DNA of 63,984 nucleotides, counting the filler, from Chiloscyllium plagiosum (lineage: Eukaryota), in assembly GCF_004010195.1 (NCBI RefSeq). It is 5 parts of one record of this genome, joined end to end, with 100 filler letters (N's around TTAATTAATTAA, not from the genome) between each part and the next. Parts side by side here need not be neighbours in the genome. Positions count along the whole stretch, not along the records: positions 26,135 to 51,123 come from NC_057717.1; positions 51,224 to 55,050 come from NC_057717.1; positions 55,151 to 58,199 come from NC_057717.1; positions 58,300 to 63,984 come from NC_057717.1; 1 more part is not named here. The stretch is one strand, 5' to 3'. The notes below the pieces were generated by a model. That model was not told the DNA's origin and did not search any database. It saw nothing but the letters and a program-made list of their open reading frames with translations. This document shows, one piece after another, positions 50,901-63,330 of the stretch. Both the position numbers and the translations under genes were made by a program. Numbering within the stretch: the stretch's first letter is position 1; each line of letters begins with the position of its first letter.

Positions 50901-52591
50901 AACTACCAACACAAAGGGGAGAACTGTGGGAAAAGATCTGCCAGCCTGCCTATCCACAGCATGGCCACAGAGAACACAAGAAATCAAGCCTATCCAAACC
51001 ACACAAAAAACACCCAGAATGCCTCAGCAGTGACCAAACAAGCTGTCAAGAGAGACCAGGTATGAGCATAGTCACTCGCACACCAGGGAATACACTTCCC
51101 AAGACGAACTTACAATAATCTTCNNNNNNNNNNNNNNNNNNNNNNNNNNNNNNNNNNNNNNNNNNNNTTAATTAATTAANNNNNNNNNNNNNNNNNNNNN
51201 NNNNNNNNNNNNNNNNNNNNNNNGTATCCTCTTCAATGATGCCTAATTTCAATTGCGAGTAATAAAAGAACTTGCTTGTCAATTCTTTGTCTAAGTTCAC
51301 TCAATTTCTCTTGTCAATGTGGGTTGGGGTTCGTTCTACTCCCTCATCGTCCATGGTTGAGAATCGTGTCCGATACTTTGATCTTTGCAAATTCTTGTTG
51401 TGAAGCGGGCATCATCCGTACTTACTCTAAATCAAATGGCAGGCAGAAAGTGAAGCGGAAATTGCGCTATGTGATGGGGCAGTGTAAACTTGCAGATTTA
51501 TATGATGTTTCAGTGGTTGCTTCCCATCATTATCCATTTCACCGATATACAGTTTGAGCGAAATGTTTGTTTTGTAGTTTGGGAATATGGATTCAAAGGC
51601 AAGTTACAGAACACATACTTGCACGAAATTAAATTTTCATTATCTTAAGTCTCCTGCCCCGTGGATTTGGGATTATAACTATGCTCATCTTTCCGCTCAA
51701 ACCCGACAAGAGATTTTCAATATGAGTTATTATTCATACATTTTGCATTTATGACTGTAATGTAGTTTCGGAGAATGTTCTTTTCTTTCATAAGCAAATA
51801 CTTTCCTTCTACAAGAGGGCCCTGGGCTTATCAAACATCTTCAAAGTTATCGTCTAACTTTAATGTTGCTATCTTCAATTGAGCACTGTCATTTCAACCC
51901 TTATTCGGGCTCTCAATGGAAAGTCATCAAGATTCCTCTTAGTCTAAGTTGTTTGTGTCAGTTGCATGATGTGAATTCAGTCAAGTACCACTCTCTATGG
52001 ATCCGGTCGAGTTTGTGTCACATCTGTTCAGCTGACCATAGCTCACATGTGTGAGGTAATTGCTCATGTTGAAACTTCACGGTATCCATTCGATTGATTG
52101 ATATGGTGTGTGTTTCCTTCACAGCTACCCAGCTGATCTGTATCTCTATTGCTTTCTCAACCAGCACGGATGATTCTTTTGAACTTGCCCTGCTCACACT
52201 GTTTAACCTTCCATTTTTGTTAAGAGCAATTCCATACTTTTATTTACAACGTGTTTACCTAAAGAATAAACGATTAGCGTTCCTGGATTAGGACTTGTTG
52301 GGCCGAAGAGCCTGTTTCCACACTGTAAGTAATCTAAACTAATCGAAACACATTGAGTTGAAATTGCCACTCAATTCTACAGCATTCAGATGGACGAGAT
52401 ATCAGCATACTTCACATTATTTTACAGTATCTCCACCTTGATCAGCAAGACAATTTTATTAACAAGTCTCTCTTTACATTTTAATTCTGTCGGGGTTGGA
52501 AGACGGAAGAGACGATATGACATGCTCGTGGTAGGGACAAAATCACACATACTTTCATATTATTGACGCCCACATATGAGGATAATATGCC

Positions 52592-52848
52592 ACATACTGC
52601 TACCTTCGCCATTTGCTAATTCAACACTTCGCTGTCATAGGTACAAATAGCCCTTTCAGAAACGTGGATGTAAACTACTGTACACTCATTATACCTTTTC
52701 TCAGATACACTGAGAGCCATACATACTGCTACCTTCGCCATTGCTAATTCAACACTTCGCTGTCACAGGGACAAATAGCCCTTTCAGAAACGTGGATGTA
52801 AACTACTGTACACTCATTATACCTTTTCTCAGATACACTGAGAGCCAT
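52592..52848 (+). repeat. Tandem duplication, 2 x ~129 bp
   Basis: acatactgctaccttcgcc...cactgagagccat occurs twice with few differences. Confidence 0.9.
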
Positions 52849-53049
52849 GCATTCAAAATCTTTTGTCATTACTCCTGTTTTTGACTGCTGGAATGCATGC
52901 CAAATTCCATGCATTGTATATTACCCCATAATCCACAAAACTGCTGATGTCCCGTTTGAGAATCAAATGTACTTCTTCATTCATTCTTTCAACAACTATT
53001 CTCCGAGCCCTTATACTAACAACACACTCCACAGTCGTTGCGGCCAGAG

Positions 53050-53720
53050 AGTCAGAAAATCATGGAGTCACACACCACGGAAATAGTTCCTTTGGCCCAA
53101 GCTGATCCATGTGGATCAAAACATCCTTCTACGCTTTTCCAATTTCCCGGAATTTGGACTATATCATTCTAATCCCTCTCTATCTATGTATTTGCACAAA
53201 GTACTTTTAAATTCACTCAATGTTCACATCAGTCACTTCTACCGTGAGCTCAGTCCACATGTGTACCATCTCTGTGGAAAAAAGAAGTTTGCTCTCAGGT
53301 TCCTTTTTATTCTCACCACTCTAAACTTCGACTCATGCGCTCCAGTTCGCAATTCTGCAATCCTCAAAAAGGACTTGAATCCATTTACCCTATTCTTTAT
53401 GAAGTTCAGCCTCATCGTCAGTCTTCCATGTTCTAAAAAAAGACTCCTGGCTTGCCCAAACACTCCCTCCAACACAGACCATTGAATCCACGCACCATCC
53501 TTGCAAAACTCTTCTGCTCCCTTTGCAGTTTAATAGCATCCTCGCTGGAACAAGATGTTCACAACTGAAAACAATATTCCATCTGCGATCTCACCAGCAT
53601 CCGCTATAACTGTAAGATAACATCCCAACTTGAACCCTTAATGTACTGATTGATGAATGCTAGTGTGCCAAAAGCTTCTTCACTGCCATGTTTCCCTGTG
53701 ATTCCATTCACAGAGCCCTT
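53050..53720 (-). mobile_element. Old CR1 3' fragment
   Basis: HESKFRVVRIKRNLRANFFFPQR on the minus strand. Confidence 0.7.
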
Positions 53721-53759
53721 TCCCTCTGATGTCTGTTCCTGAAGGAAATCCAATTACTG

Positions 53760-54900
53760 AATGGATCTGTCAGTCAACTCACATGAGTCAGGATTTGGAT
53801 TTTAAAAGTGGAACTGTGACTATTGTATATATTAATTAGATGAAGTTATATGAAATGTGGAATAAATGGATTTTGATCATCTTGAGTCTAGCATAGCCAC
53901 TGACTCCCTTCCTCCATGAACCCCATGAAAGGTTGTGACACGACGAAAGTCCTCACTGCTTTGAAGTTATGCAGTTAATTTGGATAAAGATATGGTTGGT
54001 GGAGAGTAAACAGGGTCATTTTTTGTGGGACAAGCTGGGACGGGTGATGTGATAAGAAGGTCGCTGATAAAGCTGCTGTTAATTGCAATCGACTTAAATG
54101 ACTTAAATAAATGCAGCAAGTGTTATGTCTTCAGGTTCACTAACAAGAACGCGTTAGGCGGGACATAAAACTAAGGAGAAGGCTCGAGAGTCTGCATACA
54201 GATATGGGCATGTTCATGAATTGGGCAATCTATTTGCAGGTGGAATACATGGTACAGAAATGTAAGTCACATTAGTCGTAAAAATAGGTAGAAAGAATTT
54301 TGCTGTTTTAACTTTTAATAAATCACAAAATCTTAGCACATAAGATTGAAGGATTAGCATCGTAAGAGGAGTGAATTTTAGTTCCCAGCAGCGATTTACA
54401 CAATATCTCAGTGAAAGTGCATGATCCTCGGTCACTGCTCAGTCCACATACCAGACGCAGTGACATTGTTTCCCTGTGTGAGGGCAGTTTTTTGCCTGGA
54501 TATTATGACAATACAATATGAGTATACTAACTATAACAGGATTTGCTACATCCTATCATATCATATGTGGAGCTGTCAGTATTATATGAATTATGTTCAG
54601 AATACTGGGAGATGAAACATAATGTGATTCGGAGTTGTTGGAACAAAAGAAACACTGCAGATTTTTTCGTAGATGATGAGAAATCATTGAGCATTAAAAT
54701 CCGGGGATTAGAGTGTCCTTGTGCAAAGATCCGCAAGTTAAGATGACGGCGCTGCCAATGAGAAGGACAGATAATATTATGCCGGTTACTGCCAGGAGAC
54801 TGTTACGAACGTGAGGGAGTCTCGTAGGAGAATGACATTGCATCAAATGTTCCTATTCTCTGAAATGATTTGTGTCATTTGGAGTTTTCCTGACATGTAC
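53760..54900 (+). mobile_element. Very decayed CR1 RT remnant
   Basis: Faint colinear similarity to CR1 RT (atggattttgatcat..., ggttggtggagagtaaacag, ttatgttcagaatactgg). Confidence 0.45.
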
Positions 54901-55949
54901 AGTCCAACCGTCACACAAAGGCACAGGCACATACTAACTCGACTTCTCACAATCAAGTTCTCACTTAAGTGCACACAGATGATCCCACACAAAAGGGCTT
55001 ACATTTACAAACATATCCACACATGCACTCACACACTATCACTCACGCATNNNNNNNNNNNNNNNNNNNNNNNNNNNNNNNNNNNNNNNNNNNNTTAATT
55101 AATTAANNNNNNNNNNNNNNNNNNNNNNNNNNNNNNNNNNNNNNNNNNNNCTGAATTAACGAACTGGCGGACAAACGTTGATCACAGGCATTCGTTATAA
55201 AAATACAAGGTTATTTGTTCACGTGGTTCTGAAAGAAAACACATCTTTTAGACAAGGTTCTTCTGGTTACGTCAGGGGCAGGATATTATCACCATGGATG
55301 AGGCTGGTATTGACATCAGTAAGTAGAAGAAAAGCATGCAGGCTTTGAAATGTCTGGTGGTTTCCAAGTTCTTCGCATGTGATTTTACGACACTGATAGC
55401 TGTAGATTCGAGGAGTGAAAGGAAAATGGCTTCGTAATGAAAACACTTGGGCCCGTGCTGTGGGAAAATGGAAAGGAGTACGAATACTCCATTCATTGAG
55501 ATAGATATAATATCTGCTGTTTGTGTGTCCACCAGCCTCCATTAACTGGCACTTTCCGACTTCGGAATTTCCGAATCACTTTGGATAAGAGGCTGCTCTG
55601 GAAGTTGTTGATCACTTTGTCATGGTTACTACCTGCACTGATGATATTGATTTGACTAAGAAGACGATTCTGCTTCAATAATTGTACGCATCAAGGAGAC
55701 TCCTGTTTATTTAAATGACATTTACAAAGGCAACGATCTTTCTTTGAGGAAATAATGGATTCTCTCAAAAAAATGGATCCTTTGCTTGCTCAAGTATTTG
55801 TGCTGTAGAAGTGATTATTGACTTTAAGTCATGGGGCACCAGTACTGGTTCTGTCAAAACTGGGAACCACAAGGAGATCGTTAAGGAGCCAATAAAGAAG
55901 AGCAAGGATGGCTCATGAAAACAAAAAAAAAAAGTGGTGTTCAAGGTCA

Positions 55950-56720
55950 GGAAGAATGACAAAATATTCTTTATTGAGGGGAAGAGGATGACCAGGAACA
56001 TTTGGGTATCCACGATCGTACTGTACTTGACTTGGAAATAGAGGCAATGGCGGATTGATAAACGAATATCACTCGACAGAACAAGGATTCTGTAAGAGCA
56101 GTTGTGATTCCTTAGCAGAGGGAATGAAGAGATATTGGAGGTATATGTGAAAGCAAATCCTCACGTCCGAATGACGTGCATCCCAAGCTTAGTGTGAGAC
56201 AGTGGAAGAAATCAAAGGGATTGTGACTCGCGTCTTCGTTTCTACTCTGGCCACAGAGCAATACCACAAGACTGGAGGAAACAATATGCTTTAACTGTTC
56301 AGTAAGTGTGATGGAATAAACATAAGCAATTACGAATGAGAGACATTGAAGTCAGATCAAGTGAGAAGATTAGATAAGATTCTGAAGGAGAGAATAAACC
56401 TTTACATGAAAATGCAAGGTTTGATAAGCTATAGTCTGTATAGTTCTGCTATGTGTACAATATCCACAAAACATAATTGTCATACCTTCTCGAGAAACGG
56501 ACCTACTAAGTATGGGAGGATCTTAGAGTTTATGGCATTTCATGGAGAAAACTGTCATTGACAATGTCCTGTATGGAAGACTGAAAAAGGAAGTCAAAAT
56601 ACACAGGACCGATGCCAATTAGATACTTCGGACATAAAACTGGGTTAGTGATCGCAGAGAATTTGGCGTCAGTGAGAAAAGTCCAATTAGCTATAATGTT
56701 CAGTCGTTCTTGCAATATCC
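55950..56720 (+). mobile_element. Very decayed CR1 ORF2 remnant
   Basis: aagaggatgaccaggga..., aaatcctcacgtccgaatgacgtgcatccc (KSPGPD-HP-like), gactggagg. Confidence 0.5.
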
Positions 56721-57249
56721 TAGCTGCAATTGGTCAGTGTGGGATGTGAAACGTCACATGAAATAACAGGATGTCCTCCTTCGGCACTGCATTCCCATAT
56801 TTGCTTTTACCTTGTCAGAACCCACGCAGAATTTTGTTCTTCTGTTTGTCGACACAATTAAGACGAGTGGGAGTTTGGGGGTGGGGTGTTTGTGGGGTGT
56901 TTAATTTCAAAGACCCCATGTCAACAACTTCTGAACGATCAGTTATATCACTCTTACAGTGTTTTTCTCCAGGTCACCGCCTTCTAAATGTTACATCGGG
57001 ACGGGTAATGCATTTCGACCATCCAGAAATGTTCCAGTCTGACGAGTGAATAAGAACAAAAACTATAAATGTCCCTTTTTGTCGACTGATTGTTCAGCCA
57101 GGGATATCGTCTCAGGACAACAAGTAGATAATTTAACGTTCTCCTGACGAGTTTTGTCTTCCCATTTATAGGTTGTTGACACTTTTGACTTCTCTATTCC
57201 AGAAGAATGTGCCACAAAAATGTATGGCAGATGGAACAGAAGACTTAAC

Positions 57250-57992
57250 TTACGAGCAATAAAGTGATTGAAATGTCTGGCATAAACGGCATTTGAAAGA
57301 TAGCTTTTAAATGTTGCCACTGTCCTAGCCTTCAGGGCTTCATCTGGCAGCACATTCCATACATGTACCACACTCTGCATGAAAACGTTGCTCCTTAGGT
57401 CTGTTTTGTGTCTTTCACCTCTGACCCTAAAATTCTAATTCTGGACTCCCCCCTCCCTCGCGAAAAGATGTTGTCTATTTATTCTACCATGCCCCTTATA
57501 GATTTTGTAATCCTCTATGAGGTCACCTCTCAGCCTCCGACTCTCCCGAGAAAAGAGCCCCAACCTATTCAAACTCTCCTTATAGCTCAAATTATCCAAC
57601 ACATGCAAACTCTTTGTAAATCCATTCTGCACATTTCAAGTTTCACAATATCCTTCAGAGAGGAAGGAGACCAGAATTACTCGAAATATTCCAAGATTGG
57701 CCGAACCAATGTCCTATACTCAAAACACTGACCAATAAAGGAAAGAAGGTCAAACGTCTTCTTCACTATTCTACTTACCTACGACTCAATTGTCAAGGAG
57801 GTGTAAATCTGCACTCCAAGTTCTCTGTGTTCAGCAACACCCCCTAGGACCTTATTCATAAGTGGATAAGTCCTGTTAAGATTTGCTTTCCCAAAATACA
57901 GCAAATCACATTTATCTAACTTAATGTCCATCTTCCAACTCTCAGCCCACTGGCCCATCTGATCAAGATCCCGTTGTAGTTAGAGGTTAATC
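57250..57992 (-). mobile_element. CR1 3' ORF2 fragment
   Basis: LSYKESLNRLGLFSRESRRLRGDLIEDYKI; VVHVWNVLP. Confidence 0.85.
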
Positions 57993-57994
57993 CT

Positions 57995-58199
57995 TCGCTG
58001 CTTGATGGAAGAGTGTGTAGGAGAGAATTACTGAGGTGAGATCGGTTTTTGATGATGTTGGCAGCTCTTCCTCGGAAGCGATAAGTGTAAGTGGAATCAA
58101 TGGATGGGAGGTTGGTTTCTGTGATAGGCTGTGCTTTGCACTCAAAATTCTGTCGTTTCTTCAGAGCAGTTGCCAACCCAGGCCGTTACGAACCCAGGC
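57995..58199 (-). mobile_element. Rex1/Babar-like LINE C-terminal fragment
   Basis: AQPITETNLPSIDSTY..RFRGRAANIIKNRSH..LLHTLPS. Confidence 0.7.
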
Positions 58200-58299
58200 N
58201 NNNNNNNNNNNNNNNNNNNNNNNNNNNNNNNNNNNNNNNNNNNTTAATTAATTAANNNNNNNNNNNNNNNNNNNNNNNNNNNNNNNNNNNNNNNNNNNN

Positions 58300-60122
58300 C
58301 CTTTTATTCATATAAGGGGGAAGAGGGTAACTAGGGAAAGGGTTGGTCCACATAAGAACAAAGGATGAAAGATATGCGTGGAATCAGAGGAAGTCGGTGA
58401 GGTTCTTAATTAATACTTTGCATCAGTGTTCATAACGAAAGGGACATTAGCGGATGTTGAGGTTAGGGATAGATCTTTGATTAGTCGAGGTCAAGGCGGC
58501 ATAAGAAGGGAGGAAGTTTGGAATATTCTAAAAGGCATTAAGATGAACAAGTCCCCTGGTCCGGACCGGATCTATCCCAGGTTAGTAAGGGAAGCAAGAG
58601 CAGAAACAGCTGGGGCTTTAACAGGTATTTTGGAGCATCCTTGAACACGAGAAAGGGCTCAGAGGACCGAAGATGTGCTAATGCTGTCTCGTTGTTTAGG
58701 AAGGTAACAGAACTAATCCAGGTAATTCTAGACCTGTCAGCCTGACATCAGTGGTAAGGAAACTACTGAAGAACAAGGGATAGGACATATACACACATGG
58801 AAGAAAGTGAGCTTAATCTGCTATATGCAGCATTGTTTTGTTCAGGGAAGGTCATGTCTTACAAATCTAATAGAATTCTTTGAAGAAGTGACAAAGCTAA
58901 TTGATGAAGGAGGGGGAGGAGATGGCAAGATTAGCTTTATTGACTTTAGCAAAGCATTTCATAATGCTCCCCATGGTATGCTGATGAAGAAGGTGAAATC
59001 GCATGGGATTCAGGGTGTTCTATCCAGATGGATAGAGTACTGGTTGGGCGATAGGTGACAGAGAACAGTAGAGGGAGGGAGAATCTGAAAATGGATATCT
59101 TTGACCAGTGGTATTCCACAGGGAACCGTGCTGGGACCGCTGTTATTTGTGATATACAGAGATGGTTTAGAGAAAATGGTAGGTAACCTGTAGCCTCATT
59201 AGCAAGTTTACAGATGACAATAAGTTTGATGGAGTAGCAAATCGTGAAGGGGACGGTCCGAGAAACCAACAGAACATAGATATATCGGTGAGTTGGGTGC
59301 AAAGGCAGTTGGAGTTAATTCTAACAAATGAGGGGTGATGTAGTCTGGAATATCCAATTCAAGAGCAAACTACACAGTAAATTGAAAAGTCGTGGGAAAA
59401 ATATTGATGTGCAGAGAGATCTGAGTGTTCATTTTCATTGTTCCCTGTAGATGGCAGCGCGGTCAGTTGAGTGACCAAGAAGGTGTGTGGCATATTTCCT
59501 TCATCAGACGGGATGTTGAGCACAATTGTTGGCAGGTTACTGTACAGCTGTATAAGTCGTTGGTTCGGACACATTTAGAATACTGCGTACAGTTCTGGTC
59601 GCCACCATAGCAAAATGATGTGCATGATTTGGAGAGGGTACAGGAGAGGTTCAGCAAGATGACGCTTGGTATGGAGGGTCTTAGCTATGAGGAGAGGTGG
59701 AGTTATTTAGGATTGTTTTCATTGGAAAAAAGAAATTTGACGGGTGAACCGGATGAGTCCTACAAAATTATGAGAGGCAGAGACAGGGCGGATAGCCAGA
59801 AGCTATATTCCCAGATTGAAGGACTCAATTATCATGGGTCATGAGTTCAAAGTGAGACGGGAAAGGTGTAGTGGAGATATACGTGGAAAGTTCTTGAACC
59901 AGACGGGGTGGGTGCCTGGAAGTCATTGCTCGTATAGGTCGTAGGGCGAGAACGATTGTGTCATTTAGGATGTATCGAGACAGACACGTGAATGAACAGG
60001 GAACAAAGGGATACAGATCCTTACAAAAAAAGGCGGCAACTTTACTTACAGGACCTGGATCAGCGCAGGATTGGAAGTCCAAAGGGTCTGTTCCTGTGCT
60101 GTCTTGTTCTTTGTTCTTTTGT
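58300..60122 (+). mobile_element. Decayed CR1 ORF2 plus 3'UTR
   Basis: KSPGPDRIYPR, GRSCLTNLIEFFEEVT, DFSKAFH, VRTHLEYCVQFWSP; tail (tgttctt)n. Confidence 0.92.
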
Positions 60123-60194
60123 CTATAATGTCTGTTTTATAATATTCTAGAACGGGTCCATTTTACAATGTTGCAGATAGTGAATATTCAGATC

Positions 60195-61185
60195 GTGCAA
60201 GGTTTGTGAAGGTTTATACCTCAGACTGAAATTTAGGGTGTAGGTTTGCTCGCTAAGCTGTAGGTTTGATATCCAGACGTTTCGTTACATGGCTAGGTAA
60301 CATCATCAGTGGCGACCTCCAAGTGAAGCCAAGCTGTTGTCTCTTGGTTTCTATTTATATCTTTCTCCTGTATGGGGTTCCTGTGGTTTGTGGTGATGTC
60401 ATTTCCTGTTGGTTTTCTGAGGGGTTGATGTGTTTGCCTATGGCGTTGTGGTTGGAATGCCAGGCCTCTTGCAATTCTCTGGCATACCTTTGATTAGCAT
60501 GTCCCAGGATAGATGTGTTGTCCCAGTCGAAGTGGTGGCTTTTTTCATCCGTGTATCGGGCTACGAGCGAGAGAGGGTCGTGTCAATTTGTGGCTAGCTG
60601 GTTTTCGTTTATCCTGGTGGCGAACTTTCTTCCTGTTTGTACTATGTAGTGTTTGTGGCAGTCCTTGCATGGAATTTTGTCGATAACGTTGGTTTTTCCC
60701 ATGAGATGTAATTTAAGTTTGTTAGTTTTTGTTTGAGAGTGTTGGTGGGTTTGTGTGCTACTAGGATTCCGAGGGGACTTAGTAGTCTGGCTGTCATTTC
60801 TAAAACTTCTTTGATGTATGGTAAGGTGGTTAGGGTTTGTGACTGTGTTTGGTCTGCTTGTCGTGGTTTGTTCTTGAGGAATCTGCACACTGTATTTTTT
60901 GAGTATGCGTTCTTTTTGAAAACGTTGTACAGGTGGTTCTCCTCTGTTTTGCGTAGTTCGTCTGTGCTGCAGTGTGTGGAGGCTCGTTGGAATAGTGTTC
61001 TGATACAGTTTCGTTTGTGTGTGTTCGGATGGTTGCTGGTGTAGTTAAGTATTTGGTCAGTGTTTGTCGGTTTTCTGTATACACAGGTTTGTAGTTCTCC
61101 GTTGTCCTTTCTTTCGACTGTGACATCCAGGAATGCGAGTTTGTTGTCGGTTTCTTCCTCCTTGGTGAACTTGGTGATTTTCATT
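60195..61185 (-). mobile_element. 5'-truncated Penelope (Poseidon-type) element: RT C-terminus, GIY-YIG and pLTR
   Basis: KFTKEEE..LAFLDV..VYRKPTNTDQIL, LPYIKEV, KIPCKDCHKHYIVQTGRKFATRINE. Confidence 0.92.
60273..60312 (-). ncRNA. Minimal hammerhead ribozyme in the PLE pLTR
   Basis: Minus strand cca-CTGATGA-t-GTTAC-ctagccat-GTAAC-GAAA-C-GTC-tgg with intact stems. Confidence 0.8.
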
Positions 61186-62461
61186 TTGCTCGGATGAACG
61201 CATGTCGATTCTCCACGTCAGCTCCAAGGTAACATTAAAAACACAGCTCGCCCCACTCGCCACATTTCAACAGTTAAAACAAGGGCCAGGCATTTGTCCT
61301 TGGGGGATTTTGCTGTTTTATTGCAAGTCTCAAAGGTGCAATGGTGGGGCCCGCCTGGCCCCATTGTCAGAGTTCCCTCGGGAAAAGGTGGCACAACAGT
61401 GGTCGTCGGGTGGCATCTGAGGTAGGTTCCGCCCCCAGTGGGTATACTGGTTCCAATCAACCTTTCAGGGCTGGCAGACAGCATTTGAGATCGCGAGGGC
61501 GCTGCACATAATTCGTTTTACGTGTAACCTGCATCGTGGTTCGGTCCCTTTCTGGCCATCCCAATAGAAAATTACTGCTCATTTATTTGCAACTGGAAAT
61601 TTCTGGACTACATTGTACCGATGTCTGCATCATGTCAGTGACTCTAGGCGAAAAACGTTGCAAACGCATAGGGTTAAACAGAGGTAATTGAGCTTCTTGA
61701 TTATTGACAATTGTGGATCCCTTCTGTCAGACAGATAGCCACACATTTCAGTCTTGTAACACAAGCCTTGCGTATTGAGGCTACTTCCAGAATTTTACTG
61801 CATTTACATTCATGTCACCCTTGGACATGTCGACCAAATTGAGCGAGTTTTGTTTTGCGTCAGGGGCATGCTTCATTAAGATAACTCTAATTCACAGGAT
61901 GGGACCCGGTTTAGGAAGCAGAGACCACTTATCCCTGTGATATCTGCTAAGAAGACTAGAAACTTCAGTTTCAAAAGAAAGAAAGATTTGTAACAAGTCG
62001 GTGGTGTGCTGTGGAAAATCAGAAGTTGTTAGGGGCTCAGTGGGTCTATAGGAACAAAATCCCCATCCTCAAAAAGGGTCGGTATGCCAGATATAGGTTC
62101 TGATTCCTGGTAGAATCTAAGTTCTCTGTTTTTTTTTGTTTTAATCCTGTTTGTAAATTGTTGAAATTGTTCAATCGTTGAAATTGAATAAGGTTGGCTT
62201 TCAAGTAGGGATAAAGGAGATTAGTTACAAACTGACTGGAGGGGAGTCATGGCTTGGAAGAAGAACAGGAATCAATACTTCATTTCATAATCACTGAACG
62301 ATCGTTAAATGTAAAGAAATCATGTTAAATTTCCAAAATGCAGATCAGATTCAAAACTGTCCCAGATCTCGAAGTCTCAGCAACAAAACACAAACATTCA
62401 ATCACCAACAAACGCATGTGCATTCAAACCGAATCACAAAGTGTCAAACTTTCTACAAACT

Positions 62462-62506
62462 CTCAGTCTCTCTCTCCTCCTCTCTCTCTCTCTCACACAC
62501 ACACAC
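62462..62506. repeat. (CT)n(CA)n microsatellite
   Basis: Directly visible. Confidence 0.85.
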
Positions 62507-63243
62507 GAACATTTTCCAACTTTCTTCATATCTCAGTTTTTAGCTTTTGTTTATTCCGTTCTTGTAAGGTTAATGAGGCCCTCACATTCCTGAACACTCA
62601 AAGTTAGGGAGTTTATTCTCATAAATCCTTACTGTGATACATAACTGGTTAATCAAGTGTGCAAAATCTAAATATCTCTCAGGATTTCCGTTTGGAATTT
62701 TAACAATATTTTCAAGATAAGATTTCATGCCTCTGCGTTCGCCCACAACCCAGGTGAAATACAACTGCGTCTTTAACAATTGTCCAATATGTCCAATATG
62801 CCCTGTATGCCAAATCCATTAAAGTCCTGAAGCAAGCAGGTATAATTACAGCAGATTTGTACTAGCCAATTAAAACTAATGTTGTGCACTCAAATAGATC
62901 GTGGGCATCTTGAAGCATGACGCGGACCTCAGCGTGTGCCCAGGGCTTATCAAAAGGGGTTTCACTTGTCATAACCCTGGGGCAAGCAAATTCTCTGTGA
63001 CTAATTTTGTAAATCTTAAGATGTTTTCAGCAGAACTTTCAGGCCCTTTTGAGTACACAAACTAGTGTTTTATGGCCTAGTAGCAAGAATTGTATCAGCA
63101 TTTCAAAGAGAATTTTGTTGATCCTGGCCAGCTTTACTCTTTTTAAACACGACAAGAACAGCAATCACCCTCCACATTTCAGAAACAAACAAATGTGCAT
63201 TCAAACCGAATCACAAAGGGTTACATTTTCTGCAAGCTGAAGG

Positions 63244-63330
63244 GCTCTCTCCTGCTCTCTCTCTATCCCTCTCTGTCTGTCTCTCTCTCTCTCTCTTCCT
63301 CACACACACACACACACTCTCTCTCGCGCG
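63244..63330. repeat. (CT)n(CA)n microsatellite
   Basis: Directly visible; upstream flank resembles that of the 62462 array. Confidence 0.85.

Larger units (their letters stand above)
40565..51123 (+). mobile_element. Decayed class I (epsilon-like) endogenous retrovirus: partial 5' LTR, leader, gag, pro, pol, possible env; 3' end in a gap
   Basis: Motifs in retroviral order: CCHC knuckle (42796), FLVDSGA (~43100), FVQDLRAVN, QYVDDLLL (44520), HTDSRY..HDFG (RNase H), CLQNN, FGVP, QSSGMAERM (integrase). Confidence 0.95.

Noticed and set aside
61500..61560. Possible further tRNA relics (also ~34700-34745, ~56815 and ~63905-63940)
   Set aside because: Only short B-box or acceptor-like matches, and no cloverleaf could be built.
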